In this document: piece after piece, positions 46,440 to 60,461 of the stretch | How the letters are laid out: each line of letters opens with the position of its first letter | How positions within the stretch are numbered: the stretch's first letter is position 1 | NCBI GenBank assembly: GCA_964016885.1 | Contig: OZ024740.1 | Coordinates: forward strand, 85,808,001 to 85,872,000 | Length of the DNA: 64,000 nt | DNA from: Eledone cirrhosa | Lineage: Eukaryota | Direction: 5' to 3' | Notes under the pieces: model-generated | The model's database searches: none | The model's input: the letters and a program-made list of their open reading frames with translations, nothing else | Told to the model about the DNA's origin: nothing | Program-made: the position numbers and the translations under genes

Positions 46440-49400
46440 GTCGCAATGGAATGGGCAACACTTTTATGGTATTAACATGCCATGTAGAAGATTTGTGGTA
46501 CATCTTACAAATCACTTAACTATTGGAGCTTCATTTCACCTAGATTGAAATATCTATCATAAACCCATATTCTCTTATGAGTGTCTGGACAAAGGATGAT
46601 TCCCGGGCGTACAATTATACCTTCTATTTTTTTCTCATGATAAACATAGCCTCGATAAATACGGTTGTATATCTGACTGAATGTATCATTTGTACTATTA
46701 TATCGATCCCTGCAGTACTGTAGGAATTCTCACTGCTAAGGGTTTTAAATTATCGTCGTTATGTTTGGAGTTATAAAGTATAAATCTTGGATATGTGACT
46801 TTTGCTACAACATCGGGTCGACCAAACTTTTGTGAGTAAAATTTTGTTTCCTGTCAGAGTGAACGTAGTTGTTCTTGAGTGGTAAATAGAATTTGTCTCC
46901 TGGTTTAATACAACCGTAGGTACCTTTAACAAAATCTATTATGCTGTAATTATTCAGACCTGGTCTGAAGATAACTTCATTCTTTCTTACCATTGGTCTA
47001 GAAGCAATTTTAAAACATTCTTTACTGTAGCAACGATAACGTGTAGCGTATGATTTCATGTCGACTATCTCTTTCTTCATTATATTTTAGAGAGATTTAA
47101 ATTCAAAACAAGCAAGCAGTGGATGATACTTTTCAGTAAATTCTTTTGTGTATCTCGAAAGGTATTTGTACTTTAAGGCAATCACGCAGCTTGATTGCAC
47201 GACAAGGCGTGCAAAAGAACGTAGATTACAATCACTCACACGTAAATCTTGGATATATGTAAGGTATGACAAGGGAGAGAAGCAGGCTATCCGTCACTGA
47301 ATTATCACGTATTCTATTGACGTTGCAAACTCATTGTAGTGACTGGTATCCAGTTTTAAAGTCAACATTTAGTTTTGTACATAATTCCGTTATACACCAG
47401 TGAAATGCCATAATGTACTGTGGTCTAGTCAATTGAAACAGTACAATAGTAAAGCATATCAGTAGAAAAGATTGTCGAGACGTAAAAATAAGTTGCTTGA
47501 TCATTGCATTCACCTTTGAATAAATCGTGTGATTGGGTTTTAAAGGTATGTGACGTGCTGAAATCCATTTTGAACAGGTAATCATTAACACTTTTCCGAT
47601 ACTTTGGAGCATTCCATATGGTCGGAGATTGCTCCTTTATTCCTTTTATACCTTTAGTGATAAAATTCCACCCAAACTAGATGTTGCTATATACTAGTTG
47701 TATCTTTCTATACCTATGTGTATAGTGTAGCTAATTATAGACATACAGTGGCAAGGGATTAAGGAGGATTAACGTGTTTTTCTTTCATGATGGTATAATC
47801 AACTATAAAAAGTTAATCTTAGTAATTCCAAAATATGTGAAAGGGAGTGAGCATCCTGTGTCAGGGCGTAACAACCTGTTATAATGAACTGTACATTCGT
47901 GCTCTTTAAAATTCTCCACTTGTGTCTGTTCTAAACTTGTCAACGTTGAATTCAGATGAAGCACTATCTCATTCACTGAAATATTTAATCTATCCACGGT
48001 ATAATTTCGACAAGGACTTACAGGAGGGAATGTATTTGCAAATGATATAGTCTCTTCTGGTGGAATAAAAAAATTACTTCCTGATGATAACTTTGTAACC
48101 AGGTTAACATCCAAGTTAACAGTGGACCTTTACTTAACAGTTTTAGGCTAGTTTCATTAAGATAATAGCTAAACATTTGAAGATAAAAACCGATCTAGAG
48201 AATTTTATTTTCGACGAGTATTTGGTTTCAGTTTCAATCAGATTTTTTATTGGAAAGAAAACAATTGCTTTGCCTTAAATAAATACATCACCAACACCTC
48301 TAAAGAAAGCAGCTTTTTACTGAATTAATAGCTTCTTTATATAGTAGAAATGCAGGCTTCTCGCAACAAATATCTCAGTCTGATTATTTTGAATTGTTCA
48401 CCGTACGCTGAGCTCCAAAACAATCAAGTCCTATAGTTGGGTTATAATTGAGATTAGTCAAATGACTAATTAATTAAATCGATGAGATTCCAAAGTACAG
48501 TTTGTAGATTTGTTTTGGTCCACATTGTTAGAGATCCCGACTCTAGCTGTTTTAGATGAAACCATGTATTCAAACCATTATCATTTCATCATCAAAGCAT
48601 AATTACTGTACATAGAGCTTGATCTAAACATAGTCGCATATATCGAATTCCTATCAACGATGTATATTTTCACCATGTTTTCCGTCCATCCAGGGAAGTT
48701 TCCGAATATCTACTCATTTTATTCCGGATATACATACTTGAAAATCCCGTATCCAAATTGTATCTCACGAATGTTGCATTAAATGTGATCAGAAGGACCT
48801 ATCATCTTCTAACAGGATACATTTTATGTATCCGATATAAAGAAGCACTTGCTTCTGTTAGGAATTGACAAAATATTTTACATTATTGGTTCCGATTTTT
48901 ATATAGTTTTGTTTAGCTTCTTTAGATTCGAATCAGCGAGCGTGTTTTGCAGTTCGATTTAGTTACACACTATTGTGTGTACTATTCCACTTGGTTTGAA
49001 TGTTCCTGTTGGTTTAAAAGAATACCCTCTTCTTGGAAACCTGGTACATTGCTAATAACAATCTCTTTGGGGATAGTGTATCGTACGTGAGTGGTAGGAA
49101 GAGCTACAATTTTGAAGCATTCCCTACTAGTGAACATTCCACAGTATTGAGTAGGAAGCATGATTTACACATAATTATATTCGATGAGCAGCGACCTTGG
49201 TTTTCATGCTTTTACATGGAGTTATACACAATAAGCTTTGTAAGTAATGTGCCTAAATTTCAAGCGTTAACGAATGTTTTGATGTCAAAAGACCGAGCGA
49301 AGCCATTTCGGATTACCAGTGTCAAACTATCATCGTATTTTACATTGACACTACAATGACACCATAAGCAAATATTCTCAAGGGGATTAGTTTGAAGTGT

Positions 49401-50270
49401 TGAACTCTTGCATTGCCTTGCATTAATATTTTGCAAGTCATTAACTGCATTACATCAACTTTCACAGCGTATTTCTAGCTTGCACTAGTGTGACTCGCTG
49501 GCTTTTATACGAGCGCCTGTGTTTTTCCTTTAAGCTTTATGCTTTTCCTTATGAAGTTCGGGTGAAACCTCACTGCTGTCAACAGCTTAATATTCTTTTG
49601 TGGTATGTATGTGTATTGATATTGAATGTATCAAAAGCGTTATCAATATTTTCTCTTTCACATTGTATGTTTGCTAGCTATGTTGTGTGCGTTCGAGTAT
49701 GTTTGTAGATTGCACTGAATCCATATCGTTTCTATTTGGCTATGATGTTGATGTAGCGCTCTTGTTTCGTTCTATAGTCAGTTCCGATGAGTAAAATACA
49801 CTCTTTAGGTAGTAGATTCAGTTGGGAAGCTTCTGTGATATACCATCTCTAAGTGTATCAAACATATGAGTATATTTGATACTTCTATATGCATTTCGAC
49901 ATGTACCCACGTGGTTATTCAATGGCTATATACAAATGTCAGACCCATTGACTCACATCAACAAGCTTCGAGGTTTGATTATACAATTCGGAATTTATTC
50001 CTTAGACTTATATAATCAAGTTTATATTCTATTTCATGTTGAGCGAGCAAATTACCTAAATATATTATCATACAAACTCTCCTATCTAGCTGAATAGATG
50101 TTATTAAAGAATATTCTAATTGAGAGACTATATTTAGTAAACGCAAAGGTTCTCAACTTAAGGGCCATCTTGAAGTCTTTCACTCTGCCCTGTGCGCACC
50201 ATTTACTTTCTTTTCCAGTTCATTTTTATATACGGTGCTCTGAACTGTTTTCTTCCGACACCTGTACGTG
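46440..50270 (-). pseudogene. Decayed long coding region with an internally repeated domain; product unknown
   Basis: Microsatellite-free complex sequence with chained minus-strand ORF fragments. Peptide motifs FAR, KPRSLL and S(R/K)ECFKI recur with different codons. Confidence 0.55.
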
Positions 50271-50909
50271 AGGCGGTTTATAAAATATAACAAACGCTGT
50301 CTTACATATATAGGATGTGTTTTGGTTTTAAATATTTACTTCTTTCTGTGTCTTCGCTTGTACTGGGTGGTTAAGTTCTACATAAGGAAGTTATTGGAGA
50401 TATTTATTTCGGCAAGAAATGTTATTATATCTATAATACTAAAGAAAATCTTGCTAAATTCTAACGTTCATTGAATTTATCGATAAAAAATGGGATTTAC
50501 CAAATATAATCTTAAATTCTATTTGCTCATGATATCCTATAACGTGTTAGAATATTGCTACAGGGTAGATTTGATTAAATCAATCATTTTGTATTAATGC
50601 TACAAATGTTAGTAATCGCCGGAAATACAAAGATCACGATATAATACTGAAAATATTTAGACACCTCCAAAGATGAACGTCAAACCATACTCACGTTGCT
50701 AAGCTTTCAATTACTGAATAAATGGTCGATCAATCAATTAATTAGAATACCAAAACACTTGGACACATTTTATGACACCGTGACTCCGTATACCTCTCTC
50801 ATCACACACACACACACAAACACAGAGTACTTTCCACATATACACACACCAATTTCCACACACACATACATACTCTCACCACTTTCCATATACATACATG
50901 CATGCTATC

Positions 50910-51031
<122 letters not shown>

Positions 51032-52769
51032 ACATTGATTCAAAATTTGGTAACACTAGGTGCCAAATATTGTAAATATTACCACGAGAAGAAAGTAGCA
51101 GTATGAAATTATTTTGACAATAGCAGAATGGATAGTGTTAATTTTGCCTGCTGGAAGATAGAAGGATCGTAACCATAACTTTTACAAAATCCTCTAGATT
51201 GACGATTTGATGGAGAAAACTCGGTTTGTATGTTTGGGAGATTGCACTAAAACAGTGAAAACTGAACAAGGTGGGAGATCCAGAGTTATGATGTTTGTTA
51301 TGAAGAAGAATTGTGATTTCATGGTATTTCGGCGTTTTATACAATTCATTAACATATGCGTGATGTATTCCAAATCAAAGTGGAGCGGCTGAGATAACAA
51401 AAACCATACTACTCAAACAATTTTGACAGTTTAGATCTTGTCAATTCTTAGAATATTTCCATTTTACTTGCCAATGTTTCAAAGTATTTGTGTTCAGTAA
51501 AACATGAAAAGGACATTAATTTTAAAGCGTCTTACTTTTTAAAATTGAACATCATAGAGTAAACTAAAAATTCTAAGCAATTGACTTTGTTTCGATTACC
51601 AGCGGAAGCTATTCACTTCCAAATATTCTTCAGAAGAAGCATAGTCAACTATAAATCTAGAGCATAGGACAACATTTTTCCCTTGTTGATTTTATTATTT
51701 AGAGAAAAATAAATTTAACTGTGTTAGTTTTGTTTATTTATTGTCGTAACTCGTATTGTTCTGAGGTTGAGAGTTTACTTTGATATTTACATAACATTGC
51801 AGGCCAACGTAAGGTAAGCAGGAGGATGTCCAAGCTTTATTTAGTGTATTGTTCGGTGATGATATATTCTTTAGTTTACTGACGTCCCACTCATTAATTC
51901 GCTATAACCACAAATGATGCTTAAGTATCAATCCTCTTCCATTAGAATATTTTATAATAGTCGACCCAACCGGCTATCAAGCTTTTCTCATTGCCGCTTC
52001 GATAAATTCACACTAATGTCATTCCCCTCCATAGAGCTGCACTAATGCCATTCTCCGTCAGAAGAACAAAGATTTGGAATTTCCTCCTTCCCAACATTGT
52101 CATTTAGTTACATGATTTAGTTATGATCAAATAGGCTCCAGCCGTGACCATGAAGGATTATTTCTATATAATATATCCTTCTTTTTAAAAAAAGACATTA
52201 GGTGAACAGTTATTTGAATGAAGTGTGGTAGATCCTTCCGTTAGCTGAGTAACGCAAGTTACGTACGCCACCACTACAAATGCGGGCAGTTGTTCGCTAA
52301 CTGAACGAGTTGAATGGAATGTTGAATATTGTTACATTTCTTCCGCTCAACATCATGTTTATAACGCACCATTGACTTCTAAGAGTTCCTCTCCTGAATG
52401 ACACATCCACCATGCTGCTCTCATTGGCTTCGCCGTAACCCTGGCAAGAGTGGCTTCCGGGGACTAGACCATGAAAAAGTTCCACCCAGTTTTGATCCAT
52501 GACTGCATATTTCCGCATTCGCAGCTGACCTGCATATCTGCTGGCAGTTTCACTATCCTCTACCTAGAGATCAAATGGATAGGAGTTGACATCTCCCAAG
52601 CCATATATACATTTATTACGCACACAGACCCACACATGCGCACACACATCCACACATGCACGCACAAAACACACAACAGACACCCACCCACACATATATA
52701 TATATACAATCCAACGGGAGGAAACATAATAGTATCACTTATGATATCACAGGTGTGTGACAAAAACTA

Positions 52770-55176
52770 AGAGACTATATATATGAAAACAGGGAGAAAA
52801 AGACGATTATTAGGAAGAAAAATATTTTTTTTTCCTTTTTATTTTTGTCTCTCTTTTTTCTGGGTTAGAAAATGATTAAAACGAAATAGTTTACTTTGTG
52901 TGGAGTGTTAAGGTATTAGTTGATTTATTTATTAATTAACAATGGCATTTATTTATTCATTTATATATTTAATAATTGTCTATTACCGGTTTCAGAATTT
53001 TTATGCATTATCAAATGATAATAATATGTATTGGTGTAAAAAGGTGGTGCTGAACATGTTAAGGAAATGGTGCAGAAAGAATAATGTTATTTACAAACAA
53101 GGTTTATGAAGTGAAAAGAAAAAAGAAAAAAAAGAGCGTAATGTGGAACATAATAAGGCAATGTGAAAGAAAATATAATATTACTTACAGGCATAGTTCT
53201 TGAAGATAAGCAGATCAAAATGTGTTATTATGGCAAGAGTGCTTAGTTGATCCATGATGGAGGCAAATGGTAGTCTGGGATTTGATATGATTTCCCTTTT
53301 TAGAGAGTTAATATGCAGGGGGAGGTAATTCAGGGTTAGAGAGAAATGATGGATGGTATTTAATTTATTTAAGAAAAAGGATTAGGTAGAGTGTGTGGGA
53401 GGTAACTCTTTAGAGAGACATAGGTATTTGTATTTTGGTTCATTGTTCGTTCCAGTTTTAGTTTAGTCCGAAGTTTACTGCATTAAGTAGAGGTTGGACT
53501 TTATTAATGAAATATGTTTCCTTATTGGTACGATGGATGAAAGTAGCGTTGTCTATGAATTTGTAAATGGGGAAAATTTTAAAGTTTGGATGTTGGTTGG
53601 GTGCACAATTGGCGATATGTTCACTAAACGCAATCTTTCTGTATTCCTGTATTTTGATTTGTGATTTATGGACGGTCATACGTTGTCGGAGGCTGTTTTT
53701 TGTCTGTCCTATGTAGTGCTCTTGACAACCTGAGCAGGTCAAAACATAGATTAGGTTTTCAGATGCACATGTAAAGTTGTGTTTAACTGTGAAATGTTGT
53801 CCATGTTTAAAATGGAATGTTGAACCTTCTATTAGATTTATGCATATGCCACAGTTGGGCCTTCTGCATTTTGTTACTGTAGGGTTCATTGTGAGGGTTT
53901 GTTGGATTTTGGCTTGTGTGAGGATGTTTTTTATGGATTTAGTTTGTCTTTTGCTCTCTATGATGTTGTGTGTTTGGAGGATTTTGTTCATTCAAGGGTC
54001 TCTTTTTAGAAAAGGAATGTTCTGGAGGATGGTGTCGAATGCCTCATTGTTGAGGGGGTTGTGTGTGGATATGTATGGTAGAGTTTTCTGTTTCGGTTCA
54101 TTTATCTGAAACTATTGTGCAGATCCTTCTGGCTAGGTTATAAGGAATTGCCCTTTTGGTATGTCGAGGGTGGCACGAGTTGAATGGAAGGTATTGTTTT
54201 GAGTCTGTGGGTTTGTAGTATATGTCTGTTTCTATTTTGTTGTTTGTTTTCTTGGTGAGGATGTCGAGGAAAGGGAGTTGTTCATGGCTGTAATCCATTG
54301 TGAATTGTAAGTTTGTGTTGAGTCCATTTAGAAGGGTTTTAAACCCAATCAGTCTATCTATACTTTCATGCCAGAGGATGAAGCAGTCGTCCAGATATCT
54401 CTTCCAGTTCTTTTCTATGTGTAGGTAGAAGTAGTTACCGTATTTGTCTAGAACTTTGCGGTAGAGAGTGGTTTCCAAATATCCCATGACAAGGTTGGCG
54501 TATGAGAGGGCTACTTTCGTACCCATGGCAGTCCCAGATTTCTGTCTGTAGTATTTGGCATCGAATTCGAAGAAGTTGTTTTCCAAGATGAATTTGAGTC
54601 CCTCCAACATAAATTCTTTAGGGATGCGCTGTGGGAGTTCACTAGGGAAATTTTCAAGCCAGAATTGTATTGCCTCTATACCTAGATTGTGTGGGATATT
54701 GGAATATAAATTGATGACATCAAAGGTTACTAGTAGGGTATGTTCATTATTGAGTGTTGTTGGGAGGTGGTTGAGCATGTCAAGGTCGTCCCTTATGAAG
54801 CTTTTTATGTGTTTTAGGAAAGGTTTAAGCAGAATATCTAGGAAGTTGCTTAGGCGGTGGGTTTCACATGTGGAACCTGCTATTATGGGTCTTAATTTAA
54901 GGTCATCAGGAGGGGGTATATTGATGTAAATGTCTGTGGCTTGCTTGCAGGCCCTACCTATTACTTCGCTTTTGTGTCTTTGGGATACCGTAGAAGAGGC
55001 TGGTTCTGCTTTTGAAATTGGTGATGTAGTTGTATTGCTTGTCTGTAAGGCCTTCTTTGTAAAGGGTTGTTAGGGATTTCTTCTACGGTATCCCAAAGAC
55101 ACACAAAAGCGAAGAAATAGGCAGGGCCTGCAAGCAAGCCACAGACATTTACATCAATATACTCCCTCCTGATGAC
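52770..55176 (-). mobile_element. Penelope-like element (Neptune-like), 5'-truncated with fold-back 5' end
   Basis: RT and EN ORF pieces, long 3' region, inverted duplication 54902-54997 / 55079-55176. The left boundary is approximate. Confidence 0.88.
53458..55080 (-). pseudogene. PLE RT + Cys-linker + GIY-YIG polyprotein, broken by stop, deletion and frameshifts
   Basis: FYGIPK, RPIIAG, FDVINLYSNIP, GTAMGT, RYLDD, LPFLDI, YYKPTD, SCHPRHTKRAIPY, CRRPNCGIC, NLIYVLTC..C..YIGQT. Confidence 0.93.
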
Positions 55177-55470
55177 ACGCACGCACACGCGCAGACTCAC
55201 ACACACACACACACACACATGCATGTACGCACACACACACACACACCGTAGTTAAGAAGTTCACTTAAAACCATTTGGGTCCGAATAAGTTCCTATTGAA
55301 AAGGGCTTTTGGCATGTGTTCTTTTATATAATATATGGGAGAGAAATTGGAGAATCTGTGTGGTAGCATGGCGTACATGTGTGGTACACTCTGATTCTTT
55401 TACTGGCTGTATTCCTTAGACTCTCAGGTATACACACACACACACATATACACATATACACATACACACA

Positions 55471-55593
<123 letters not shown>

Positions 55594-55926
55594 CGAAGGT
55601 AGAATTGAAATTCCTTAGAGTGTGTCGTATATTTTCATGAATTTTATTTTATTGTGTAAAGTAGCAAAGGAAATTGGCATGTTATGTGATTATTTCATGG
55701 TTTCGTGGGTTCGGCAGACAAAATGCCGATTGCATTACCCTGAAATATGGGAATCCATATGTAACTGAAGACCCATTCCACTCCGCGAGGCTTCGCCTTG
55801 CGGATTCTCACCTCCTCCATAACGATGGAATTATATAGGGAGGTGGTTATGTGGCTTCTATACTTCTATTAGAGCCACCAATAGCCTGTCTCTAGTAGAT
55901 TAACTACCGTTATTTTAGGTACATAG

Positions 55927-56110
55927 GGCGGTGGATTGGCAGTATCGGTAGAGAGTCGGACGCCATGCTTTCCAGCATAGTTACCTCCCTTTACGATCTG
56001 AGTTCAAATCCCGCCGAGGTTGACTTTGCCTTTCATCCTTACGGGGTCGATAAAATAAAGTACCAGTAATGTACTGGGTAATGTTTGGCCTTGTGCCACA
56101 AGTAGAAACA
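55927..56110 (+). mobile_element. Full-length tRNA-derived SINE (family A, copy 3) with 18-bp target-site duplication
   Basis: A and B boxes present. gttattttaggtacatag at 55909-55926 and 56111-56128. Confidence 0.95.
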
Positions 56111-56891
56111 GTTATTTTAGGTACATAGCTCTACTTTTGATTTGATGTTGTTTGGTGATTTTATTTCTCACATCCCTTACTCTGATAATAACATATTTTT
56201 TGAACCCTGAAGTATGACTTATTTACATAACACAAAACCAAACAAAGAATCCTGTTCAAAGTTTTATAATGTCAACATATCTTTGAAAGGGATTTCTTTT
56301 CTTCTATTCTCTCTGCCTTCAAATAGGAACAACTCGGGCTATTTACAGTGAATACAGCCGGGATAAATTTATGACATGTCAAATTTTCAAATATATATCC
56401 TTACATTTCGTTAAGAAGAACAAGTCAGGGACTAATGAATATAAGTAAAACGAAAGATAAAAAAGAAAAGGGAGAAACATGAAAAAGAGATATTATTTGT
56501 TCACTTTTCGTGAAACTATTGGTGAGAGAGGTGTTGTGTCAATCTGACGAATCTTTTGTAAGACGAAGTAAAAAATAACAAACGGCGAAAATCGAAAAAA
56601 AAGTCATTGGAAGGTTACCTTTGAAGTGGCACTAAACAAGGGAAATGTAAATAATGTTTTTATTGCTAAAAGATAAATATCAAAAGACAAAATAAAGTTT
56701 AGAATTATTCCGTTTGTATTAAACAAGTTTGTATTAAGTAACGTCAATTTCAGTAGATACGACAATCTTGCTAAGTCAATAAATTTCCCCACAACACTAT
56801 GCTGACACGTTCGAACTCATTAGAAGGTCAACTGAAAGATCAACTAATCAAGCTGTCAAATATGAGAAATTCACTGAGCAAAACGACTTTC

Positions 56892-56893
<2 letters not shown>

Positions 56894-56967
<74 letters not shown>
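56894..56967. repeat. (AG)n microsatellite
   Basis: Direct reading. Other long (CA)n tracts at 50913-51000, 55477-55588 and 60068-60149. Confidence 0.95.
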
Positions 56968-56970
<3 letters not shown>

Positions 56971-57285
56971 AGAGGAGTTTCGAGATAAGGAGAAATAGAT
57001 AGAAAGCTAGAGAGAAAGAGATGGAATTAGAGTGTTAGAGAGGGAGAAGTGAAGTTCAGTAAAGTAGAGAAATTACTAATGTGTTTAATTACTGTTTAAT
57101 TGATTTAATGTTTAATCATTTCAGAGAGTTGATGAACTGTATGACTTTACCGTCTGATTAAATATCGAAGACATCTGAAATATCTTCATTTTACAACATA
57201 CTTACTCATATAAAAGCATACACATTGAGAGACACTTGCATAATCATACACACGAACACGCACATACAGACCCCACACACACCTG

Positions 57286-57390
<105 letters not shown>

Positions 57391-57677
57391 ATATGTTTGT
57401 ATGGGTATATATAAATATATATACACATATATATAGGTGCACCTGTGTATGAAAAGTGTGCAGGGTGTAAGTGTGCACTAGGCACCGGTAGGTTGTGGTA
57501 AATTTATATATTCTCGATAAGTATTAATGACATAGATGAAGCAGATTAAATCAGGAATGGGAAATTGGGCGAGTATATCTTTTACTAAGAACCTTCCATA
57601 AATATGCATAGGAATATATACACATTTGCAAACACGAATACACACATTCAGATATGTATAAATGTATATATATATAT

Positions 57678-58074
<397 letters not shown>

Positions 58075-58499
58075 GAAACGAAAGATTGTAGATGAATGGA
58101 CAATACATCGTTTCTCTTTGTAGAAATAAATGACTCCAGAAGGGGGTGAACAGTCAAAAATCAACGATCCTTTATTAAATGCGACATTTAATAAATTATG
58201 TACAATGTCAATTCAAATATACCTTGTGGGTTAATAGAAGTAGTGTAATTATATTCTCCGGTGCAGGAAAAATGAAGGAATAAGCGAATGCATATTAGTC
58301 GAGATATCGTGGCGTCCTTGATCCGAAGGAGGGCATTTTCACATAGTCCCTCACGAAGCCAGCATGGTCAATATTTTTTGAGGAGCGAATCGTTTCACGT
58401 CTGTTCATGTCCGCTTCTGTAACCGGATGTATCTTGCCTCCGCTCTCTGAAGAGTTGTTAAGGGGAGGCAACTGCTAGTTGCTAAGCGACCATTTCATT

Positions 58500-58537
<38 letters not shown>

Positions 58538-58638
58538 CAAAAAGTTAAACAAGGTTCATTGATTAATCAATGAATATAGTTTTAGAATAGATTAGAAGCA
58601 CTCAACAAAAATAGTTTTCTGGAGTTATTAATATTATT

Positions 58639-58710
58639 ATATATTTTATCTGATGAGGACGTACTGAAAAAACACCACAGTACCTCCGAAATATATATAA
58701 TAAAATATAT
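58639..58710 (+). ncRNA. Canonical-looking type I hammerhead ribozyme
   Basis: ATATATTTTAT-CTGATGA-GGA-c-GTACTG...CAGTAC-c-TCC-GAAAT-ATAT-ATA-ATAAAATATAT. Stem I 11 bp, G-C base of stem II, AUA triplet. Confidence 0.85.
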
Positions 58711-58749
58711 TTTGATTACGTGAATGTCTATATTTATTAATATTTTGAA

Positions 58750-58854
<105 letters not shown>

Positions 58855-59595
58855 TTACTTCCAAAATAAATTAGCAAACGATACTCGAGGTCACGCGTTT
58901 CACCCAACAGATTCTCAACTCAATATATACACATGTATATATATATATATAGTTTTGCGAGGTTTTTTATATGAAATCGTGTGTCGAAACAAATATTGTT
59001 ATACTTGGGGAGGGTCATATTTGTGTAATATTGCCAGAATTAATAACAGAACACACTCACTGTTTGGTTGGTTTTCGCTTCTGTGTATTTTATATCGGCA
59101 ATCTAATTTATTCGGTCCTCAATGTTGCCATTGACTGACCAACGGTCAAAAATAATGCAGATACAATATAGACACAAACACATATATATAGTTTATAAAA
59201 GTTCTTTCGTTGCACATCTGCAACATCGTCAGTGGTGCTATTGTTTCCTCCCGTTATATTGTATTTTCTACGCCATCTTTATTTAGTCTGTTTATATATT
59301 TATTTATTTGTTTATTTTATTTTGTCTTCTTTGCGCATGCGTTTGCGTGTGTGTATAGTGTTTTGTTTGATGTGTGTTCGTGATTGGGTGACTGTGTATT
59401 GGTTAATGTATTCTATCTTTACTAGTGTGTGTTTATATGTGTTTGTTGTTATTGTGCTTGTGTATGCATTTATTTATTTATTTATTTATCTATTTATTTA
59501 TTTATTTATTTATACTTCTCTATGGTCAGTGTTGTTTGTTTGGGTGTTGTTGTTATTCCATTCATTCTTTCTGTTTAGCCTTGGCCTTCTAAGTT

Positions 59596-59870
59596 CTATT
59601 TCACTGGCCTCTCTGATTTGTCATTTCTATGTTTAGATATTATTTTAATTTGTATGTTGTCTATGTTACCGTCGTGTTGTTGTCTGGCATGTTCGTATAG
59701 TACTGAACCGTTTTTTCGTCCTTTTAGTTCCCCCCAGTGTTGGTCTATCCTTTCACCTATGCTACGAGCTGTCTCGCCTATGTATGTTCTTGTCATGTTT
59801 CTGCAAGTACCCTCTGTACATCTTATGCTATAGACTACGTTTCTAGTTTTACAGTTTATCCGGGGGTTTA
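59596..59870 (-). pseudogene. PLE-type GIY-YIG endonuclease fragment
   Basis: YSIRCTEGTC upstream of TYIGETARSIGERIDQH...SVLYEHARQQH. Confidence 0.8.
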
Positions 59871-60061
59871 CCTTACATATGATACATTTCCTATTAGTAC
59901 AGTGGGTTTTCTTAAAAGGGTAGGTTTTGCTGATATATATATATATATATATAAAGGTCGAGTTAGTATTCCGCTATTCTTGAGAAAATAGTAATAAATT
60001 CTATTAACCACTACTATGGTGTTGAGTAGATATTTTTACGATAACCAATAATAAATGATGC

Positions 60062-60155
<94 letters not shown>

Positions 60156-60461
60156 CTATAGGGCAGAGTCAAGAGGGAATTCAATCAATGCCCCCATAAC
60201 ACTACAAAATCTCTGAAGACAGCCATAGCTAGCACAATTGCCAAAATAGATAACGATTATTTGATTTGGGCATGTGAACGTTTCAGGCCCCGTATAGAAG
60301 CAGTCATCGATGCTAACGACGAATTCACTAAATAGATCAATTAAGAAGAGTCTCAAGTTTATTAATGCCAATTTTTATCTGAAATAAAGCTCGTTTTCCA
60401 TAACTTATGCGTCCTTTACTGAATTCATGCATTAACCCTCAAAGAACAGAAAACCCTATAT

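Noticed and set aside
46805-48114. Cys-loop or chemotactile receptor identity for the decayed ORFs
   Set aside because: No Cys-loop signature or four-TM block could be found.
49033-50097. Plus-strand ORFs of 72-108 aa
   Set aside because: Likely antisense shadows; the repeated peptide motifs are on the minus strand.
51578-51640. Minus-strand CTGAAGA...GAAAC-AAA-GTC
   Set aside because: Stem I and the base of stem II do not pair convincingly; may be chance.
52979-53020. GAAAC-CG-GTA in the Neptune-like 3' region (minus strand)
   Set aside because: The first box reads TTGATAA and the stems are poor; at most a dead remnant.
55930-56015. tRNA gene from A/B boxes (also 32925-33005)
   Set aside because: No cloverleaf; it continues into a SINE body with TSD.
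58381-58475. CTGAAGA box (plus) and GAAAC with GAGCG/CGCTC pairing (minus)
   Set aside because: Neither strand has both conserved boxes.
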